Positions 38,748 to 51,300 of a stretch of 64,000 bases of DNA are shown here, one piece after another. Under the pieces are notes generated by a model. The model saw only the letters and a list, made by a program, of their open reading frames with translations. It was not told the DNA's origin and did no database searches. The stretch is from contig BFEA01000003.1 of NCBI GenBank assembly GCA_003427395.1, positions 4,476,054-4,540,053 of the forward strand, read 5' to 3'. This DNA is from Chara braunii (Eukaryota; Plantae; Charophyceae). The translations under genes were made by a program, and so were the position numbers. Numbering within the stretch: the first letter of the stretch is position 1; the number at the start of each line of letters is the position of its first letter.

Positions 38748-39659
38748 CTCCAAGCCTGTTTTTGCCGACCCTGAATTTCACTGCGCTCGGAGTTTGCCGA
38801 GCCTGGGTACCACTCCTTTTTCTTTCTGGTACTCACACGGGAAAAAAAAAGAAAAAAGAAAAAAAATGAAACAAAGTTTTGGCCGTGATTGCAGTTGTAT
38901 ACATTCTTGGAAGTGGCAGTGTGAGTGTGCCCTCAGTGAGGGCATCTCAGCGCCGTGGCCAGGTTATCAAATTCGAAAAAGAGAATAGAAGGGGGAAAAA
39001 ATGGGCACACGGATCCGGCCGTGAAAATGGCTGGATACATTCCCCTTAGTACCAGTGTGATGAGTGGTACAATCCTCTAACAAAACACAGCTTGAGCAGA
39101 TCACGGACGGCTTGAGCAATTCAAAGATTCCGCCCTACCTCATTGGCAGGGGACTTAGGGTCACATCCCACTAGCCCCTAATGTTCATTTCTGACCGTTG
39201 ATCTTCGTAATCAAGGGTGAAAAATGAATAATCCAGGGTAGTGGGATCTGACCCTTATAAGAAACACACGAGCAAGAAAAAAAAGAAACAGTAACATCCA
39301 GAATGTGACGGCCTTACCAGTGAGGTGCATTCTGTGGAGGAAGACTCTGAGCACGGCCTCGAAGACTACCGTGCCCGACATCATTGCAGTAGAGATAGCA
39401 TTTTCTTTTTTTCCTTTTTCTTTCACTCGCGGACAATATAAAAATCTGATTTATGGGACAATGCCGACCCTGTGCCCCACCCCCGATAGCTTCGGGAACT
39501 GGCAAAACATCGTAATTTCCCAACACCAATGGAAAAAATAAAAAATAAAAATAAAAAATTTCAAAGCTATGTTCTTCTTGCAATTTCACCTCACACTACC
39601 TACCTACCACTACTACTAATTGTAGGCATACGGGGAACCCCGTGGAATTCCTCCTGACC

Positions 39660-39858
39660 CCACTAGTACCTCCGCCAGTGTTGGGAAATTAGGGAAAACT
39701 GGCAGTTTTCCCAAACTCCTGAAAATTCGGAGGCCGGCCCCGACGACGGCTGCCATTGATAAATCTGATCGGCGGTGGTCGTTTCGCTTCGGCCATCCGA
39801 AAAGGTCGGAGGCCCTCCCGAGGCCCGCTATTTTCCCACGTGGCAAAGGTACTAGTGG
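39660..39858. mobile_element. ~200-bp MITE-like element with TIR CCACTAGTACCT; member of a dispersed family
   Basis: TIRs at 39660-39671 and 39847-39858. The internal motif GATCAGATTTATCAA.GGCAGCCGT also occurs at ~4260 and ~49975, with a partial copy at ~51775. Confidence 0.6.
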
Positions 39859-41611
39859 TCTAAGGAAAAAGGAACACAAAAGACAGAAAGATGAAAGAAG
39901 GGAAAACGCCAGCTGCCGCCCAAAAGAACCAATTCCAAATGACCTCTACCGTTTGCCATGACCCTTCTACCTACTGGTCTTAGGCGCGCCTGCGACCTCA
40001 CCCTTCCCTGGTACCCCGCTGACGCCCTCTAAACCCCGGTTCCTCGACGAAGACATTCCCCAAAGAAAGCTGCACTCAAGCGCAGCCCTCCTGGCTGCAA
40101 AATGATAATGAAAAGGCCTGAAAGGCCGTCCTGTCCAGACAGATTTGTCAGGTAATTGAGTTGGTTGTGGCCGATGATGCATGGCTGGAGGAAGAGCCCT
40201 TCGGTTGGGCATCTCCCACTGGCTGGGGGCCAACTTGCAATCTCTTCATTGTGAGGTAGCTATGCTTGCAGGGGTTCCCTCTATATGGCCTTATAGTAGA
40301 GGTAGGTAGTGAAAAGCAAAAATAATTTGGCCTTAGGAGTAGAGGTGGGCAGTGAAACGCAAAAATAATTTGCGAGAAGAGTATAGCATTGTAACTGTAG
40401 TTCTTTTTTTTTTTATAAGAAAAATTCCCAGACCGATTAGGCAGGTATGTGCGTGGGACGTTGAGGGTGCGTGCGACCTCGACGGCCTCGCTGCACTTCG
40501 CACAAAACAAACAAAACGTTTGAAATGGCGGGTGTATATCTTCGGCTAAAAAGTGGAAAAATACACCTTTTTTTTTTTTGGGGGGGGGGGCCGCCTAAAT
40601 GTTTGAAATGGCGGGCGCATATCTTCGGCTAGAAAGTGGACAGTGGAAAGATACACCCTTCGCCTTTCATACCTTTTGTCCTTTCCACATTTGGTGATTG
40701 GTGCGGCGAGGCTCCGAGCCACAGCAGGAAGGCTGCTACGTAGTGCATGCAGTTCTTTCTTTTCGTTGTGCATGCAATTCTACGTCGTGCATGGATACCG
40801 TTCGTAGATCAGATGCGACATGATTGCAACATAGGGCGGTACAGATACCACCAGATTCCACCACAGCACGGACGGAGAGGTACTGACCGTAGATTGGCTT
40901 GGTTTTCGATCCCCGACCCGGCGTCCGTCTTTCCGTTTCCTTCTCCCTCCTCTCTTGTCCACCGTCCTTTTTCCATCCCTCCTTCCTCTCTCCTCCTCTC
41001 TCCTTCTCCATCCTCCTTCCTCCTCCCCCTGGTTTCTCAACGTTCCTCCTCCTCCTGCCTTTTCTGTTGTCCTCATCTATATCCTCGCTTCCTCGCCCCC
41101 CTACTTCATTCTCCCATCTGCTACGTGCTCGTTCCCTCCCATTCCCTCTCTAAGACAATCGCTTGCGGCACGTGGCACTTTTTTTTTTTTGTTGTTCTCC
41201 TGCACCCTTTCTTCGTTGGTCCGCTCCATCCCACCGGACCTCCTCCTAAACCCAATCAAACACCCCCCCCNNNNNNNNNNNNNNNNNNNNNNNNNNNNNN
41301 NNNNNNNNNNNNNNNNNNNNNNNNNNNNNNNNNNNNNNNNNNNNNNNNNNNNNNNNNNNNNNNNNNNNNNNNNNNNNNNNNNNNNNNNNNNNNNNNNNNN
41401 NNNNNNNNNNNNNNNNNNNNNNNNNNNNNNNNNNNNNNNNNNNNNNNNNNNNNNNNNNNNNNNNNNNNNNNNNNNNNNNNNNNNNNNNNNNNNNNNNNNN
41501 NNNNNNNNNNNNNNNNNNNNNNNNNNNNNNNNNNNNNNNNNNNNNNNNNNNNNAACCATCACATCTCCCCTCCAGTGTGCTGGCAAGCTCTGCGCTGACA
41601 CGAGCAGGATA

Positions 41612-43228
41612 ATGGCTTCCGCTAGCCGAGCGCGGGCGCCGCTTTCCCGGGCGGCGAGGCAGTTCTACCGCTGCACCGCTGGCAGCGCCATTCCCACAGC
41701 TGCCGATTCCAGCGCCACCCATGGCGCGTTTCTTCTCAATGTCAACTCCCGCCGTGGATTTGGCGTTGGCGGGAACCGATTGACTTGTTTTTCGATCTCC
41801 GGCGCGCGGCACTTCGCCTCCGATCCCGCCGAAAATGACGTTCTGGTGGTTGGCGGCGGCCCCGGTGGGTACGTGGCGGCAATCAAGGCCGCTCAGCTGG
41901 GCTTGAAGGTCACATGCGTGGAAAAGCGCGGCACTTTGGGCGGCACCTGCTTGAATGTGGGCTGCATCCCTTCGAAAGCACTGCTGCAATCGTCTCACAT
42001 GTATCACGATGCCAAGGAACGATTCGCTAGTCACGGCGTTCAGGTCAGCGATGTCAAGATCGACGTGGCGGCAATGATGAAACAGAAAGAAGGTGCTGTC
42101 AGCGGACTGACCAAGGGTATCGAGGGGTTGTTCAAGAAGAACAAAGTGACCTATGTTAAGGGCGAGGGCAGGTTGACTTCGCCGAATGAAGTGACGGTGA
42201 GTCTGCTTGAGGGGGGGGAGAAAGCCATGGGCGCTAAGCACATTATCATCGCGACGGGGTCGGATGTGAGAGCGTTGCCTGGCGTGCCGATAGACGAGGC
42301 GAAGGTGGTGTCGTCCACTGGCGCGCTGCAGCTGACAGAGGTACCCAAGAAGCTGGTCGTGATTGGGGGCGGGTACATCGGATTAGAGATGGGGTCGGTA
42401 TGGGGACGGTTGGGATCGGAGGTGACGGTGGTGGAGTTTGGGGAGGCCATCGTCCCGACGATGGATAGTGAGCTGCGGCGCGCTTTTCAACGCTCTCTGG
42501 AGAAGCAGAAGCTGAAGTTCAAGCTGAAGACGAAGGTGGTGGCCGTCGACACGAGCGGCGATGGCGTGGAGTTGACGGTCGAGCCGTCGGCCGGCGGAGC
42601 GCAGGAGAAGATGCACGCGGATGTTGTGCTCGTCTCGGCGGGACGTGTGCCGTTTACCAAGAACCTTGGGCTTGAAAACCTAGGTATACAGACGGACAAG
42701 GGGGGGAGGATCCTCGTGGATGAGCATTTCCGCACGAATGTGCCCTCCGTGTATGCCATCGGGGACGTGATTCCAGGGCCGATGCTAGCGCACAAGGCGG
42801 AGGAGGATGGTGTTGCGTGCGTGGAGTTGATTGCTGGAAAAGCAGGGCACGTGAATTATGACACCGTGCCGGGGATTGTCTACACCCATCCTGAAGTAGC
42901 TATGGTGGGCAAAACGGAAGACGAACTCAAGGCCGCCGGAGTCGAGTACCGCGCCGGGAAGTTTCCTTTTATGGCAAATAGTAGAGCTCGGACGATCAAT
43001 GATGCGGAGGGAATGGTGAAGATTCTCGCAGATAAGAAAACGGATAAGGTGCTGGGGGTGCACGTGATGGGACCCAACGCGGGGGAGCTGATTGCGGAAG
43101 CCGTGCTGGCTATGGAGTACGGTGCATCGAGCGAGGACATCGCCCGAACCTGTCACGGCCATCCCACGTTGAGCGAGGCGATGAAGGAAGCAGCCATGGC
43201 GACTTATGACAAGCCTATTCACATCTAA
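41612..43228 (+). CDS. mtLPD: mitochondrial dihydrolipoamide dehydrogenase (E3 / glycine cleavage L-protein), 538 aa with presequence
   Basis: GGGPGGYVAAIKAAQLG FAD motif, GGTCLNVGCIPSK redox disulfide, GGGYIGLE NAD motif and HPTLSE catalytic dyad. The N-terminal presequence is Arg/Ala/Ser-rich. The ORF is uninterrupted; the start is the first ATG after the N gap. Confidence 0.96.
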   Translation: MASASRARAPLSRAARQFYRCTAGSAIPTAADSSATHGAFLLNVNSRRGFGVGGNRLTCFSISGARHFASDPAENDVLVVGGGPGGYVAAIKAAQLGLKVTCVEKRGTLGGTCLNVGCIPSKALLQSSHMYHDAKERFASHGVQVSDVKIDVAAMMKQKEGAVSGLTKGIEGLFKKNKVTYVKGEGRLTSPNEVTVSLLEGGEKAMGAKHIIIATGSDVRALPGVPIDEAKVVSSTGALQLTEVPKKLVVIGGGYIGLEMGSVWGRLGSEVTVVEFGEAIVPTMDSELRRAFQRSLEKQKLKFKLKTKVVAVDTSGDGVELTVEPSAGGAQEKMHADVVLVSAGRVPFTKNLGLENLGIQTDKGGRILVDEHFRTNVPSVYAIGDVIPGPMLAHKAEEDGVACVELIAGKAGHVNYDTVPGIVYTHPEVAMVGKTEDELKAAGVEYRAGKFPFMANSRARTINDAEGMVKILADKKTDKVLGVHVMGPNAGELIAEAVLAMEYGASSEDIARTCHGHPTLSEAMKEAAMATYDKPIHI

Positions 43229-44279
43229 CGTGGATGGACGGATAAGTAAGTACGCACGCAGCACAGTATCGGATCGCGTGAAGTGAAAAAGAAGAAGAAG
43301 AAGAAGAAGAAGAAGAAGAATAGTTGAAGTAGCGAGGCCAATGGTCACACACGTCCATGCTTACGAGAACATCATCGGAGCACCTGCATGGAGACGACGC
43401 TCATAAACGCGCACATTCCTCATTCCCCGACGCGTATCGCCTGCCTGCGCAGCAGGACTTGTTGTCAAGGGGCAAACCACACTCCCGCATCCACCTGTCG
43501 GACCGCCGTGAGCATAGAAGAAGAAGAAGAAGAGGAAGAAGAAGAGGAAGAAGAAGAGAAAGAGAGGAAGATTTAGGTAGGTAGCCAGCATTGGGTAGGG
43601 TGGAGGAAACCCCATTACTGCACGTCTTTCCCCGACTAGAACGCAGTTTTTCGTAATTGAATCCGAGTACTACTGTTAATTGCATGCGGTTTACGTGGAA
43701 TAGAACGCGCATCCACCAGGGCATTCAGATGGCGGATTTTGAGTGCGAGATCAAGCTCAGGCAGATAGTGCTCTGAGAATGCGGACGCACGTGTGAAGGA
43801 TGCCCGCATTTGTTGTTGTATTTTTGGGGGAAAGATGGTCACAGTTGGAATTACTCTAGGTAGAAGAAAAGAGAAAACAGAGAACTGATTGGATGGGTGG
43901 CTGTCTTTTGGTCATCATCTGTGTCGGTGCATGTCAGCAGAATACGTAGTGATCCATGCACGCACGCACGCACGCACGTGTGTGCGTGCACGCATGCATG
44001 CATGCATGCATGCACGTCTGCATGACAGGAACGTGGAGGCTGTTGTCGTCGTGGATTGCACGCAGCTGTAATGCTAATTATCAATACGCAGGTACGCTAC
44101 GTACGTACCTTTCTGACCGATAGGCTGAAGGCGAGCCCCGTCGATCACCATATTTGTCTGTCCTCGGGATACCACTGCGGGCGGTGTTGTCGACCTGTGG
44201 TACGTGATGGCTACGTACGTGCCACCAGCCGCCACGCTTGTAAATTGTTTCTTGGTAAGTTTGCGAGCGCGCTCTTGTG

Positions 44280-44323
44280 TGTGTGTGGGGGGGGGGGGGG
44301 GGGGGGTGGGGGGGGGGGGGGGG

Positions 44324-44396
<73 letters not shown>

Positions 44397-44802
44397 TTTG
44401 AAGAGGAGAGTGAAATGACGTGTTGATAGTCTTTGCTTTTGACTGCCAGGTTGGGTGTTGCTGGTTACCGCTGCAGTACTTGTGAATCCGTGTGATGTGG
44501 TGGGCGTGTGTTTGGTTTTGCCTGCTGTCTTGGTTCATCATAGTCATGCCGTTGAGGGCTAGTAGCTGTTTGATCTGTGATGAAGCCTCATGAAGAAGAA
44601 GAAGAAGAAGAAGAAGAAGAAGAAGAAGAAGAAGAGCAGGATTTGGAAGAAGAAGATGGAGGAGACGAACACGAAGGAGGAGAAGAAGAAGAAGAAGAAG
44701 AAGAAGAAGAAGAAGAGGAAGGAGAAGGAGAAGGAGGAGGAGGAGGAGGAGAAGAAGAAGGAGAAAGAGGAGGTTGAGGAGGAGGAGGAGAAGAAGAAGA
44801 AG
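44280..44802. repeat. G-run, (GA)n and (GAA/GAG)n microsatellites
   Basis: Directly visible low-complexity tracts. Confidence 0.9.
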
Positions 44803-47367
44803 AAACTCATCGTATTTGTAGTTCGTACTCGACGGTAAGAAGAACAGCAGCAGACACTGGATCGGCGTGTTATAAGCAAGGCCCACTATAATTGAGAAAT
44901 TGACACGAGCTATTAACCATGTGTGCTATAATGGGGCATAACTCTTCTTGGAAAAAGAAGAAAGAAAGAAGAAAAAAACGCACGTGATCACAAATGATCA
45001 GGCTAGACTGCCGTTGAAGAGACCGAATCAACCCTGGGCGAGTAGAGGGAGGAAAAGAAAAGAGAAAGGGGGAAAAGTATCCCCATACCGGTGTGGATTT
45101 TTTGTTCACAAAAGGGTGAATCAACTCTACCTGGTAGCAACGGGTCACGCCACGGTTTTGACTCGACTCGGCACTTTGAAGACTTTTTTTTCGAGTCAGT
45201 CGTGTTCGCGAGAATTGAGTTTCACGATTACGAGTACGATTTCTTTTCTCTTGCGTCGGTGTCTCTCTCTCTCCTCCCCCGTTTTTCTATACCTCTTCTC
45301 CCCCTCTCTCCTCTCTCCTCTTCCTCTCCTTCCCTTTCTCTACACCATTGGTCGTGTGTGTGGTCGTATTGTCGCATTGTTGAGTCATGCTATGTGCTAC
45401 TATTTGCGTTGTCGCCGACAACAAATCTATCATGGCAGTAGGCGTCGCCCTCCCTTGAAGTCTCTTTGCTGCTGCCACTGCATAATAGGTACTAACCGAT
45501 TTTTTTAATTCTAAAAATGACAAAAATCGATTATATAATCTGCATTCGCTTACATGACTGGATGATGACGGTGATCCTTTTCGATTATATAATAGGTATT
45601 AATTATTGTCATTTTTATAATAAAAAAAGAATCGAATCCCTATCCATAGGATGCCGAAGCCTGGCAGGTCAGTCCGGCCTCACAAATGATATTCCAGCCA
45701 GCCAAGTGATCAGTAGGCAGAAGCACGTTCAATGAATCTACGTCTTTCGGCCCTCCGTTTTTTATTTCTTCTTCCGTGGGGGTAATAGCAGTCCAATCCG
45801 CTCATTTCAAATGGAAAGTACGCGCTCGCTGGGTATCAATGCATAAAAGAGGGGAGAGGATGGAAAGGGGGAGGGGGTAAAGGGGAAGGGTTAAACGGGA
45901 AGGGGGACGGGGGAAAGGGGAAGGGGATGGGGGAAGGAAGGGGGGGGGGGGGGGGAATCGTTCGTCATCGTAATGACCATTATTAACAGGAGGGGAAAAG
46001 GAGGGATGAGGATGACAACGGAGACAAGGAGGAAGTGGCGTGGGTGAAAAGAGGTAGGAGGAGGAGGAGGAGGATGAAAAGGAGGAGGAGGGGGAGTGAG
46101 AAGGGGGAAATGTAGGATGAATACAAGGAGGAGGGAGGAGGAGGAGGATGAAAAGGAGGAGGAGGTGGGGGATTATGAGACTGAAATAGGAAGGGTAGAA
46201 GTGGACGAGAAGATGATCAAAAGGGGAAAGTGAATGAAGGAAAGGAGAGACGAGAAGTATAAGAGCTGCCGTCGTCACCTTAATAGAACGCCCGGTGATT
46301 ATAGCCGTATAGGGTGCAATTTTCAGTCCAGATACAGCTATAATGATCGGGCGTTCTATTCGGGTGAAGACGTGGGGAAGAGGGGGGGGGTGGGAGAGGT
46401 AGTTACAGAGACGGGACACAATATAGACGAGCATAGATAAAGCCCTCAGTACGTCTTAGCATCTCTTCTCTAGAAATCTCTATTTTCTGTACAAGGGGAC
46501 GCTGGATCCGATTTCCAGCACGTGCTGCTCCCAACCAATAGAATGGAGCCAGCAGGTGGGCCGCCAGTGGTAGGGGCTCGTATCACCACCGCTAGCGGTG
46601 CCAACTGGTGTTTGTTTCCTCCCCCCCAAAAAAAAAAAAGAAAAAAGAAGACGAAAATTATAACGGAAAAGGGGAGGAGGAGGAGGAGGAATGATGAGAA
46701 CAAATAGGAGGCCTCGTGGACACTCACCTATGATGTACCCCCATTCGCCCCCCCCCCGGTTCGTCCCGCCACACACACACACACAGAGAACACACACACC
46801 CATTGAGAGAATGAAAAGCTAGGTCCACTGATCAGGCTTTCTCTCCGGCCAACTCGTGAACTGGGCCAGCATGTGAACGGGAGACTTAGAATTGCGTTTC
46901 AGCATCTATCTGTGAGAAGGGGGCGAGAGAGAAAGAGAAGCGAAGAGAAGAGAAGAGAGTGGGAGGAGCTGGGTGGGCCGGAGGGAGCGGGTTAGAGAGG
47001 AGCAGAGGAGGGGAGATGATAACCGGGAGGAGTACAGACTTGGCTCGGGTATCCGTATGTTGAAGCAGTGGATGGGAAGAGGTGTAAGGAACAAACACAA
47101 GAGGGTAGGTGGGAACAAGGTGAGGGTAGAGAGAGAGAGAGAGAGAGGAGAGGAGGAGTCCGGAGTGGAGCAGGATGGTTGGCGGACCTTTCTGAAAGCT
47201 TCCTGCTTCCTTTGTTATCGCACCCACGTTCCGGCCGCTGATGCCCTCCCTTGTGTTGACCGGATCACATGGTGATGGTGACATGGGTGGAGTTCTGTAG
47301 GCAATCGACCTCTCAGAGGAAGAGGAGAGGAAAAGGTGCAGGGGAGAATTTCCTTTACTCTCTCTGT

Positions 47368-47424
<57 letters not shown>

Positions 47425-47427
<3 letters not shown>

Positions 47428-47755
47428 GTCATGTGCGCTATAAATGACTTTAGTAAAGAATGGTGACTGTGCCAGACTCTTTCACCGGACTTTCACCGAC
47501 TCATCAGGAGTTTGAACCCCGACAGTCAGTCTCCCCAGGATGCATGTGACTGATGCATAAGGAAGGACTCACCACATCGCCCAGAGTTAGCGACACCCAT
47601 CCCTGAGAGAGAAAAGTGGTCGACTTTACTCACACCAACCAACCCTGCAATCCTGGCAGACTGTCGGTCCAAACTCCTGACAAGAATGGAAAGTAAGTCT
47701 GAGAAGCTCATCTGTCACAGCCCCACAACCCACTGTACGCTCCCACTCAGCCATA
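47425..47755 (-). mobile_element. ~330-nt non-coding hammerhead element (CA family) between (GT)n tracts
   Basis: Reverse complement is colinear with 50405-50708 and ends ATGACAA(CA)n. Contains the HHR at 47473-47527. Confidence 0.75.
47473..47527 (-). ncRNA. type III hammerhead ribozyme (degenerate)
   Basis: Minus strand reads GACTGTC-GGGGTTCAAACTC-CTGATGA-GTCGGTGAAAGTCCGGT-GAAA-GAGTCTG. Confidence 0.75.
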
Positions 47756-47846
47756 TTTCTGTGTTTGTGTGTGTGCGTGTGTTTGTGTGTGGGCGTGTGT
47801 GTTTGTGTGTGCGTGTGTGTGTGTGCGTGCGTGTGTGTGTGTGTTT

Positions 47847-47878
<32 letters not shown>

Positions 47879-47937
47879 CTGTGTGTGTGTGACTGACCGG
47901 TAATCTGTACACACCCACTCAGCCATATCAGCCATAT

Positions 47938-47988
47938 GTTTCACGGGACTTTCACCGACTCATCAGGAGTTTGAACCCCGACAGTCTG
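47938..47988 (-). ncRNA. type III hammerhead ribozyme, partial tandem copy, stem III truncated
   Basis: Minus strand reads CAGACTGTC-GGGGTTCAAACTC-CTGATGA-GTCGGTGAAAGTCCCGT-GAAACA. Confidence 0.7.
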
Positions 47989-48129
47989 CCCAGGATGCAT
48001 GTGACTGATGCATGTGACATGCATCAGCCATATGTGTGTATGTGTGGGACCACTAATTTCGTAGTAACTGGGATTTATTGTAACTGCTGGAATTTAAGAC
48101 CAGCATTCTCGGAGGTTCATTTCGTTGTC

Positions 48130-48199
<70 letters not shown>

Positions 48200-48200
48200 N

Positions 48201-48294
<94 letters not shown>

Positions 48295-49081
48295 TAACTG
48301 CTGGAATTTAAGACCAGCATTCTCGCAGGTTCATTTCGTTGTCTTTTTTTTTCTTTTTTTTTTGTCTTCATAGTTTGGAAGCTCGTGGTTGGTGCTCCAT
48401 GAACAGGGTTTTCTTCTTGAAGATCCTCCTCCTTATGGAGGACCCTATGTGTCATGACGGTTTCGAATGTCCTGGTGGGTGCCCCATCAACAGATTTTTC
48501 CTTCCTGAAGATCCTCCTCCAGCCTCCAGGTCCTGCTTGAGGAGGACCCTATGTATCATGATGATGGTTTGGCAGGTCCTGGTGGGTGGCTCCATCAACT
48601 GAATTCGTCCTCCTCCTCCCTGTAGGAGCCTCCGTGGATACACTAAACACAATGCACAATGTTTTCCCTAATGAAGTCACGGACAGGGTAGACGGCATCT
48701 GCGGAAGGGCATGTGGTGGTCCCAATGGACGGAGAGAAGTGAAGGAAAGTGAAAGAGGAATTTATTACGTTTCAATCGAATCTCTGACAAAGTAGATGAA
48801 AAAACTGCGCAAGGGTTACCTACACACGTGTATGTGGTGGTCCCCACTGTGAGAAAAAGATGAAGGAAAAGGAGAGGCAAAGTTAGTGAGGAGGTCACCT
48901 ATGGCCACGTCGAAAATGTATATACTACATTCCAAAACAAGTCTGAACCCCCACTAGTGGGACCTAAACCCCCGGTTCCTTGTAACACGCAATCCGGCGG
49001 CAATAGGTATATGTACTTGACCAGCTCCAAGTACGGCCATGGAATTCTGATGTGAATTCGTTATCACCAACACATATACTA

Positions 49082-49186
49082 CCGTCTTCCCCCGAACACA
49101 GCGCACCCTTACTTTGGCTGCACCTGACCTGAAATATAGCTTGTATACAATCGTTATCAGGTTGCGTTATCCTCGGGGGAAGACGG
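49082..49186. mobile_element. Tc1/mariner-type MITE
   Basis: Perfect TIR CCGTCTTCCCCCGA / TCGGGGGAAGACGG flanked by TA on both sides. Confidence 0.8.
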
Positions 49187-50404
49187 TAGCTTCAAGTATG
49201 GCCATGGAATTCTGATTTGCATTCATGGTAGCAATTGCTTCAAAGCATTTTTTCATTTTTTTAATAACGCGGCACTTTGCGAATATGTTGTGCTGTCGAT
49301 GGGGGGTGGGGGAAGTAGATGGGCGGCACAGCTACTGGCAAAATNNNNNNNNNNNNNNNNNNNNNNNNNNNNNNNNNNNNNNNNNNNNNNNNNNNNNNNN
49401 NNNNNNNNNNNNNNNNNNNNNNNNNNNNNNNNNNNNNNNNNNNNNNNNNNNNNNNNNNNNNNNNNNNNNNNNNNNNNNNNNNNNNNNNNNNNNNNNNNNN
49501 NNNNNNNNNNNNNNNNNNNNNNNNNNNNNNNNNNNNNNNNNNNNNNNNNNNNNNNNNNNNNNNNNNNNNNNNNNNNNNNNNNNNNNNNNNNNNNNNNNNN
49601 NNNNNNNNNNNNNNNNNNNNNNNNNNNNNNNNNNNNNNNNNNNNNGGTTCCACCCTGCTCCCTGATCACCGCTGATTAGGGCGGGGGGGCAACATGCATC
49701 CCCTTAATTGTGAGAGGAAGATATGCTTGCAGGGGTCCCCTGTTTAGGCTCAGGAGTAGTGGTCTGTAGATAGTGGGGGCACAATTGCCAGGATTCTGAA
49801 TGCATCTGCACGTGAAACATGTCCATGTGTATTTTCAGTATTGACCGGTGGCAAGTGGTTCAACTAGGGCTTATAACTGACCGTCGATGATGTACGTTTT
49901 TCGTTTTTTTGGCAGTTCGGAAAATAGTGGGCCTCCGACGTTTCAGCAGGTTGAAACAAAACGACGGCCGCGGATCAGATTTATCAACGGCAGCCGTTGT
50001 CGGGCCCGGCCTCCTAAAAGTTCGGGAATAGGCTAAAAAAAAACTTGTCGAAACGGCGAAGGTACTACAGGTTTAAGCTATATGTTCTCCTCTCAATTTC
50101 ACCTTTCAGTACGTACCACTACTCCTAAGCCGATACAGGTGACCCCTGCAAGCATAGCTCACCTGTTACAGTTAAGGGGATGCACGTTGCCCCCTGCCGT
50201 AATAGGTGGTTGTCGGGGAGTAGGGGGGGTGGGTGCCTGTGGGGGTGGTTGGCTAATGCCAAGAACGAGCGCATTTTGTCAGTAGCTGCTCCTCCCAACT
50301 ACTTCCCGCGCCCCCATCAAGTAACAGTCGTGTCTATGGCCAGCACTCTCCAACACACCTCACACAACCTACCCACCCACACACACACACACACAAGCAC
50401 ACAC

Positions 50405-50708
50405 ACAGTGGGTGTGTAGAGTGGGTTTTATGACTGTATCAGATCAGTTTCTCATACTTACTACCGATCTTGTCAAGGGTTTGGACCAGGTTCAGACCTG
50501 CTAGGTAAAGTGTTGTGAGTAAAGTGGGGACCACTTTTCTCTCTGAGGGGTATTGCTAATTGTGGGCAATGTGGTGAGTCCTTATCCATCGGTCAAATGA
50601 ATCCTGGGCAGACTGTCAGGGTTCCAACCTCCTGATGAGTCAGTGAAAGTCCGATGAAACAGTCTGGCACAGTCGTACTCTTTTTGAGTGTATAGTGAAT
50701 ATGACAAC
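50405..50708 (+). mobile_element. ~300-nt non-coding hammerhead element (CA family) between (CA)n tracts
   Basis: Homologous to 47425-47755, bordered by (CA)n on both sides, with an HHR at 50609-50666. Confidence 0.75.
50609..50666 (+). ncRNA. type III hammerhead ribozyme
   Basis: CAGACTGTC-AGGGTTCCAACCTC-CTGATGA-GTCAGTGAAAGTCCGAT-GAAA-CAGTCTG. Confidence 0.75.
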
Positions 50709-50721
50709 ACACACACACACA

Positions 50722-50759
<38 letters not shown>

Positions 50760-50768
50760 CAGACACAC

Positions 50769-50816
<48 letters not shown>

Positions 50817-50916
50817 CACACCTGTGATGGTCAAAGACCCTACCAATACCGAATGGGGGGAGCAAGCCAACTACCTCAGTTGGTTACTACCAAGAGTGCT
50901 GCAGGTGGTGCAGATG

Positions 50917-51300
50917 GCGTGTGGCGCGGTGGTCAGGGCACCTTTTGGAAATGCACATTGTGGTTTGGGGTTGCGGGTTCAAAACTCCGCATCCATGCAC
51001 ATGGACACTGGCGGACGTTTACATAACGTACACCCATCTGCAATCCCCCCTGGGTCGATGCAGGTAAGCTATTACAGACACTGCTTGCCCACCACCCAGG
51101 GGTCCTAGTCCATGGTTGTTATATGTTGGGTCCGGGCAATGAGGGTTTTCCCCAAGGTTCTTGGTCTGTGGGTTGTTCAGATGATTGTTCACTTGTCTTC
51201 TAGTCCACTATAGCGCACAAAATACACTAGTTTCCACAGTAGCTCAATGGGTTTGATGTGGGGGCTGCACGTTTGAGGTTGCGTGTTTGAATTCAATCAG
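50917..51300 (+). mobile_element. tRNA-derived SINE-like element, homolog of 25245-25630
   Basis: TGGCGCGGTGGTCAGGGC A box and GGGTTCAAAACTCC B box. Shares the body CTATTACAGACACTGC..CACCACCCAGGGG with 25245-25630. Confidence 0.6.

Noticed and set aside
39661-39857. CACTA...TAGTG termini suggesting an EnSpm/CACTA element
   Set aside because: No 3-bp TSD (CCC vs GTC), and the inverted repeat extends beyond CACTA.
40955-41611. N-terminal extension of the LPD ORF to 757 aa
   Set aside because: Low-complexity sequence plus an N gap; ATG 41612 gives a normal presequence.
48077-48350. ~52-bp direct repeat around a 160-nt poly(T)
   Set aside because: Contains an N join and the homopolymer length is unreliable; could be an assembly effect.
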